This document shows positions 28,287-33,098 of a stretch of 33,098 nucleotides of DNA, piece by piece (position 1 is the first letter of the stretch; each line of letters starts with the position of its first letter). Below the pieces are notes generated by a model, which worked only from the letters and a program-made list of their open reading frames with translations, was not told where the DNA came from and ran no database searches. A program made the position numbers and the translations under genes. The stretch comes from Clostridia bacterium. GTDB lineage: Bacteria; Bacillota; Clostridia; Oscillospirales; SIG627. The DNA lies in assembly GCA_017959745.1 (NCBI GenBank), contig JAGDAA010000160.1, positions 1 to 33,098 on the forward strand, written 5' to 3'.

Positions 28287-28555
28287 AAAAAGCGATGACG
28301 AAGACGGAGCTGATCGTGAAGCCCCAAGAGAGCCGGGGACGGTGTGATCCCGGCGGTGAAAGATCTCCCTCCCATCCCTTCCGAGCTGAAGGTCCGAACA
28401 CCCTTCGTTAGTAGGCGCCTTCCGTGATTGCTGCGTAAACGCATACGGCTTGTCAGAGCCTGAGTGGCGGTTTTATCCGCAATTTGAGTGGTACCGCGGG
28501 TCTTGAAGAGGTTTCAAGCTCGTCTCAAAGTAGATTCTTTGGGACGAGTTTTTTT
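28287..28555 (+). ncRNA. T-box riboswitch, predicted Ile specifier (AUC at 28374-28376)
   Basis: AGAGA bulge and GGTGTGA loop; stem II GAA/AGTA S-turn; T-box GAGTGGTACCGCGG at 28486-28499; antiterminator helices TTGAG/CTCAA and GCGGG/CTCGT. Confidence 0.92.
28519..28555 (+). terminator. Attenuator terminator of T-box 2
   Basis: CTCGTCTCAAAG-tagatt-CTTTGGGACGAG-T7. Confidence 0.88.
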
Positions 28556-28572
28556 ACGAAAGGAGCCTTTTT

Positions 28573-30837
28573 ATGAACACCGCAAAGCCTATGCAAAACG
28601 AACTGACCGAGGTCGCTTCCCGCATTCGTGCTATTCGTGAGATCCTTGGCTACACGGAAGAAGCTATGGCGGGACTGACCGAAGTCTCCGTGTCGGATTA
28701 CGTCACGTATGAAAGCGGAAAGGTGGATCTGCCCTTTACTTTTATCCACAAATGCGCGCTGGCGTTCCGTATGGAGCTCACCGAGCTTTTGGAAGGGCAC
28801 GACGCGCACCTGTCCTCCTACACGGTCACCCGCAAGGGGCAAGGACATCAGACCGCCAAAGAAGACGGCATTATGATCCAGAATCTTGCGCCCAAGTTCA
28901 AGAGCAAGATCGCGGAGCCCTACTGGGTCCGCTACGAGTATTCCGAGGAACTTCAGAACAAGCCCATTCACCTGACCCGGCACAGCGGGCAGGAGTTTGA
29001 CCTGATTTTGTCCGGCTCCCTTTTGGTGCAGGTCGGAAAACACCAGGAGGTTCTCCGGGAAGGGGACAGCATTTACTACAACAGTTCCACGCCTCACGGT
29101 ATGATCGCGGTTGGCGGGAAGGACTGCGTATTCTGCGCGGTGGTCCTGCCCGGCGAGGACGGAAGCCGGGACGAAATGAGACAGACCGCTACCGCAGCCG
29201 ATACAAGGCTTTTGTGCGAGGAATTCGTCACCACCGGCGTGGACGAATCGGGGCGTCTCCAATCGGTGGAGTTTCACAATACGGAGCGCTTCAATTTCGG
29301 GTATGACGTGGTGGATCGAATCGCCGATCATTATCCCGAAAAGCTCGCAATGATCCATCTGGATAAAAACAAGGTGGAGCGGCGCTTTACCTTCAAGGAT
29401 ATCAAGAAGGAGTCCAACCGCACCGCAAACTACTTCCGCTCTTTGGGCATCAAAAAGGGCGACAAGGTTATGCTGGTTCTGAAGCGCCATTATCAGTTCT
29501 GGTTCGCCATGGTGGCGCTCCACAAGCTGGGCGCCATCGCCATCCCCGCTACCTACCTTCTCAAAGTTCATGATTTTGAGTATCGCTATAACGCAGCCGG
29601 GGTCAACGCCATTGTATGCACCGCCGACGGAGACACCGCTGATCTGGCGGAACAGGCCATGAAGAATTCCCCCACGGTGACCACCAGGGTCCTGGTGGGC
29701 GGTAAAAAGGACGGCTGGCACGATTTCGACGCGGAGTACCCGTTGTTCTCCAGCGTCTTTCCCCGCACGGAAGAAACCCCCGCGGGAGACGAGCCCGCCT
29801 TGATGTTCTTCTCCTCCGGTACCACCGGGAATCCCAAGATGGTGGAGCACAAGCACACCTACAGCCTGGGGCACTTCCTGACGGCGCGCTATTGGCATTG
29901 CTGTGAGCCGGACGGCTTACACTTCACCATTTCCGATACCGGCTGGGGCAAGTCCCTGTGGGGCAAGCTCTACGGACAGTGGATGTGTGAGGGCGCGGTT
30001 TTCGTTTATGACTTCGATCGGTTTGACGCTTCGGATATCCTTCCCATGTTCGCCAAGTATCAGATCACGACCTTCTGCGCGCCGCCCACTATGCTGCGTA
30101 TGATGATCAAGCAGGATATTTCCAAGTACGACTTTTCCTCCGTGAAGCATATGACCACGGCTGGGGAGGCGCTGAATCCCGAGGTTTATCGGCAATTCGA
30201 GAAAGCCACGGGGCTGGAGATTATGGAGGGCTTCGGACAGACGGAGACCACTCTTGTCATCGCTAACTTCGCCGGAACCCCGGTCAAGATCGGCTCTATG
30301 GGTATCGCATCTCCCCAGTACAAATTGGAACTGGTGGATAAGGACGATAAACCCGTGCCGCCCGGAGAGGTGGGTGAGATCGCCATCCGCTTGGATGGGG
30401 GAAGCCCGGTCGGTCTGTTTCGTCAGTACCTGGCGGAAGAAGAAAAGACCGCCGAATGTATGCGCAACGGACTGTATCACACCGGCGATACCGCCTGGAG
30501 AGACGAAGACGGCTACTTCTGGTACGTGGGCCGTGTGGACGACATCATCAAGTCCTCCGGCTACCGCATCGGACCCTTTGAGATCGAGAGTGTCATCATG
30601 GAACTGCCCTACGTTCTGGAGTGCGGCGTTTCCGCCGCCCCCGACGAGATCCGCGGGCAGATCGTCAAGGCGAGCGTCGTTCTGACCAAGGGTACCAAGC
30701 CCACGGAGGAACTGAAAAAGGAAATCCAGAACTACGTCAAGGAGCATACCGCTCCTTACAAATACCCGAGACTTGTGGTGTTCCGGGATGAACTGCCCAA
30801 GACCATCAGCGGTAAGATCCGCCGCAACGAGCTGTAA
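28573..30837 (+). CDS. Fusion of an XRE HTH-cupin regulator module and a medium-chain acyl-CoA synthetase-like ligase
   Basis: N-terminal RIRAIRE...YESGK HTH and cupin HSGQEF...LREGDSIYYNSSTPHGM; then FSSGTTGNPK, SDTGWGK, EGFGQTET, YHTGD, GRVDDIIKSSGYRIGP and PKTISGKIRR. Confidence 0.9.
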   Translation: MNTAKPMQNELTEVASRIRAIREILGYTEEAMAGLTEVSVSDYVTYESGKVDLPFTFIHKCALAFRMELTELLEGHDAHLSSYTVTRKGQGHQTAKEDGIMIQNLAPKFKSKIAEPYWVRYEYSEELQNKPIHLTRHSGQEFDLILSGSLLVQVGKHQEVLREGDSIYYNSSTPHGMIAVGGKDCVFCAVVLPGEDGSRDEMRQTATAADTRLLCEEFVTTGVDESGRLQSVEFHNTERFNFGYDVVDRIADHYPEKLAMIHLDKNKVERRFTFKDIKKESNRTANYFRSLGIKKGDKVMLVLKRHYQFWFAMVALHKLGAIAIPATYLLKVHDFEYRYNAAGVNAIVCTADGDTADLAEQAMKNSPTVTTRVLVGGKKDGWHDFDAEYPLFSSVFPRTEETPAGDEPALMFFSSGTTGNPKMVEHKHTYSLGHFLTARYWHCCEPDGLHFTISDTGWGKSLWGKLYGQWMCEGAVFVYDFDRFDASDILPMFAKYQITTFCAPPTMLRMMIKQDISKYDFSSVKHMTTAGEALNPEVYRQFEKATGLEIMEGFGQTETTLVIANFAGTPVKIGSMGIASPQYKLELVDKDDKPVPPGEVGEIAIRLDGGSPVGLFRQYLAEEEKTAECMRNGLYHTGDTAWRDEDGYFWYVGRVDDIIKSSGYRIGPFEIESVIMELPYVLECGVSAAPDEIRGQIVKASVVLTKGTKPTEELKKEIQNYVKEHTAPYKYPRLVVFRDELPKTISGKIRRNEL

Positions 30838-30884
30838 ACCCGAGCGTTTTCGCTCTCGTAATAATCAATAAAGGAGAATGAAAA

Positions 30885-31958
30885 ATGGCTTACAACATTC
30901 CGATTACAAAAACACAGAATCCCAAGCCCCTGCCTCAGGATGAGACCAAGCTGGGCTTCGGAAGGATCTTCACCGATCATATGTTCGTGTGGGATTGGGA
31001 TAAAGAGAAGGGCTGGCACGATCCCCGTATTGAGCCTTTCGGTCCCATCGTCCTGCACCCTGCCTCCACCGTTCTGCACTACGGCGCGGAGATTTTTGAG
31101 GGTTTGAAGGCATATCGCAGGATTGACGGCACAATCGCCATGTTCCGTCCCCAGGAGAATTTCAAGCGTATGAACCGTTCCGCCGAGCGGATGGGTCTGC
31201 CGGAATTCGACGGCGAGCTGGCGTTGGAAGGTCTCACGAAACTGGTGGATCTGGATTCCGAATGGATCCCTCACGGTGAAGGGACCAGTCTCTATATCCG
31301 CCCCTTTATGATCGGCGACGATGAGCATTTGGGCGTTCACGCCGTATCTCACGCCCGTTTTTACATCATCCTTTCCCCTTCCGGAAGCTACTATGCCGGC
31401 GGCCTGGCACCCGTGAAGATTATGATTGAATCCCACGATGTGCGCGCGGTCCGCGGCGGCACGGGCGAAGCCAAGTGCGGCGGTAACTACGCTGCCAGCA
31501 CCCGCGCCGGCGAGAAGGCCATGGAGAAGGGCTTTGCCCAGGTTTTGTGGCTGGACGGTGTGGAACAGAAGTACATCGAAGAAGTTGGTGCGATGAACAT
31601 TATGTTCAAGATCGCCGGCAAGATCGTCACCCCTGCGCTCACCGGTTCCATTCTGCCCGGTATCACCCGGAAGAGCATCCTGGAGTATCTCCGCGCCCAT
31701 GGCGTGGACGCCGAGGAACGCCGGATCAGCGTGGATGAACTGGCGAAAGCTATGGAAGACGGCACGCTGGAGGAAGCCTGGGGCTGCGGCACCGCGGCGG
31801 TGGTGTCTCCCGTGGGTCTCCTTTCTTACAACGGCAAGGAATATGAGATCGCCGGCGGAAAGATCGGCGAAACGACGCAGATGCTCTACGACGCCATCAC
31901 CGGCATCCAGTGGGGCAAGCGTCCTGATGAATTCGGCTGGATCTACAAGGTGAAATGA
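30885..31958 (+). CDS. ilvE: Branched-chain amino acid aminotransferase
   Basis: LGFGRIFTDHM, LHYGAEIFEGLKAYR, KCGGNYA (PLP Lys), EEVGAMN, ILPGITR and GTAAVVSPVG. Confidence 0.96.
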   Translation: MAYNIPITKTQNPKPLPQDETKLGFGRIFTDHMFVWDWDKEKGWHDPRIEPFGPIVLHPASTVLHYGAEIFEGLKAYRRIDGTIAMFRPQENFKRMNRSAERMGLPEFDGELALEGLTKLVDLDSEWIPHGEGTSLYIRPFMIGDDEHLGVHAVSHARFYIILSPSGSYYAGGLAPVKIMIESHDVRAVRGGTGEAKCGGNYAASTRAGEKAMEKGFAQVLWLDGVEQKYIEEVGAMNIMFKIAGKIVTPALTGSILPGITRKSILEYLRAHGVDAEERRISVDELAKAMEDGTLEEAWGCGTAAVVSPVGLLSYNGKEYEIAGGKIGETTQMLYDAITGIQWGKRPDEFGWIYKVK

Positions 31959-32596
31959 AGCGCGTAACCCTGTTTTGCGGGCATTACGGCAGCGGTAAGA
32001 CCAATATCGCCATCAACTACACCAAGTCATTGATTAAACGCGGCTTGCCTGTGACCATCGCTGACCTGGATGTGGTCAATCCCTACTTTCGAACCAAGGA
32101 CAGCGAGGCGGAATTGATCGAAGCGGGCGCGAAGGTCATCACGATGCCCTTTGCCAACAGCAACGTGGATCTCCCGTCCCTTCCCGCTGAGGCATACGCC
32201 CTCGTACAGGACAAAATCCGCTACGCCGTGATCGACGTGGGCGGTGACGACCGGGGCGCTTTGGCGCTGGGTCGGTACGTTCCGTACATCCTGGAGGAAA
32301 ACAACTACGATATGCTCTGTGTCGTGAACTTTTACCGCCCGCTGACTACCACGCCCGGGGAGGCGCTGGAAGTGTTGCGGGAGGTGGAAGCGGCGGCGGG
32401 ACTCCCTTTCACGGGGATCGTCAACAATTCCAATCTGGGAGCGGAGACCACCAGGGAAGCGATAGAAGCGAGCAAGGATAAAGCGGCTGCTTTGTCGAAA
32501 CTTGCCGGCATTCCGGTGCGTTTTACCTCCGTCCGCGCCGACCTTGCCTGTGGCGACGAATTTCCACTTGATTTGCAAAAGAAAATTTTTGAATAG
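31955..32596 (+). CDS. P-loop NTPase of unknown function (MinD/CooC/CobQ-like fold)
   Basis: GHYGSGKT, ADLDVVNPYFRT and IDVGGD; ATGA-coupled to ilvE. Confidence 0.8.
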   Translation: MKRVTLFCGHYGSGKTNIAINYTKSLIKRGLPVTIADLDVVNPYFRTKDSEAELIEAGAKVITMPFANSNVDLPSLPAEAYALVQDKIRYAVIDVGGDDRGALALGRYVPYILEENNYDMLCVVNFYRPLTTTPGEALEVLREVEAAAGLPFTGIVNNSNLGAETTREAIEASKDKAAALSKLAGIPVRFTSVRADLACGDEFPLDLQKKIFE

Positions 32597-32605
32597 GAGA
32601 ACGGT

Positions 32606-32812
32606 ATGGCAAAAGTTACGTTTCAAACCGACCTGTGCAAGGGCTGCGGTCTGTGTGTGGCAGCCTGCCCCAAGAAGATCCTGGTGATTGCCAAGGATAA
32701 GATCAACAAAAAGGGTCATTCCCCTGCCGAAATGACGGATCAGTCCCAGTGCATCGGATGCGCTTTCTGCGCGACTATGTGCCCGGATTGCGTCATTACG
32801 GTGGAAAAGTGA
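32606..32812 (+). CDS. 2[4Fe-4S] delta subunit of a 2-oxoacid:ferredoxin oxidoreductase
   Basis: CKGCGLCVAACP and CIGCAFCATMCPD; directly upstream of vorB. Confidence 0.92.
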   Translation: MAKVTFQTDLCKGCGLCVAACPKKILVIAKDKINKKGHSPAEMTDQSQCIGCAFCATMCPDCVITVEK

Positions 32813-32821
32813 GGTGAGAGT

Positions 32822-33098
32822 ATGGCGGAAAAAGTATTGATGAAGGGCAACGAGGCCATCGCCGAAGCGGCGATTCGCGCCGGTTGCCGCCACTATTTCG
32901 GCTATCCCATCACGCCCCAGACGGAACTGGCGGCGTATATGGCAAAGCGTATGCCCAAGATCGGCGGCGTCTTCCTCCAGGCGGAGAGCGAGATCGCCGC
33001 GATCAACATGGTCTACGGCGTTTCCGGTACCGGTAAGCGCGTCATGACTTCTTCCTCCTCCCCCGGCGTTTCCTTAAAGCAGGAGGGCATTTCCTACA
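32822..33098 (+). CDS. vorB: 2-oxoisovalerate (3-methyl-2-oxobutanoate):ferredoxin oxidoreductase alpha-type subunit VorB, 3'-truncated; absent from the ORF track
   Basis: My translation reads [35 protein letters not shown]...[14 protein letters not shown]...[17 protein letters not shown]; GAGGTG RBS. Confidence 0.88.
   Translation, partial: MAEKVLMKGNEAIAEAAIRAGCRHYFGYPITPQTELAAYMAKRMPKIGGVFLQAESEIAAINMVYGVSGTGKRVMTSSSSPGVSLKQEGISY

Noticed and set aside
30841-30858. Small hairpin between ligase 2 and ilvE as a terminator
   Set aside because: Short, imperfect stem with no T tract; at most a processing or stability element.
26463-32893. Antisense ORFs of 276-457 aa opposite the ligases, ilvE and the NTPase
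   Set aside because: Same codon-bias shadow effect; the sense genes have clear family motifs.
1-33098. Mobile elements, CRISPR arrays, defence systems, tRNA/rRNA
   Set aside because: No transposase, integrase, repeat-spacer array or structural RNA gene was recognised; intergenic gaps are explained by promoters, terminators and T-boxes.

Overview
Gene-dense, GC-rich chromosomal window from a Clostridia-like (Bacillota) genome. Evidence for that origin: sigmaA-type promoters, T-box leaders, and ecfA/ecfT/truA, darA, ricT and trmK. I found no mobile elements, CRISPR arrays, rRNA or tRNA. 1-11.5 kb is one tightly coupled + strand run: ecfA2, ecfT, truA, a DUF5711-like gene, cvpA, pgsA, a Zn-finger Clp ATPase, a P-type ATPase homologue with every catalytic motif replaced, DUF1858, trmK and nif3. 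11.6-24 kb holds an orphan OppA-like lipoprotein, an Ldh_2 oxidoreductase, a ferredoxin, darA-holB-murA-ricT, a fused ABC transporter and yhbY-yugP-Zn-ribbon. The most interesting part is 24.0-33.1 kb, where two T-box riboswitches (predicted specifiers Leu CUC and Ile AUC) each precede a different domain-fused acyl-CoA ligase. The Leu unit also carries an apparently catalytically dead LeuA that keeps its leucine-binding domain. The Ile unit continues into ilvE, a P-loop NTPase, a ferredoxin subunit and vorB. I infer a riboswitch-controlled route that rebuilds branched-chain amino acids from branched short-chain fatty acids by reductive carboxylation, with a pseudo-enzyme leucine sensor. All motif comparisons were made by eye; no searches were run.
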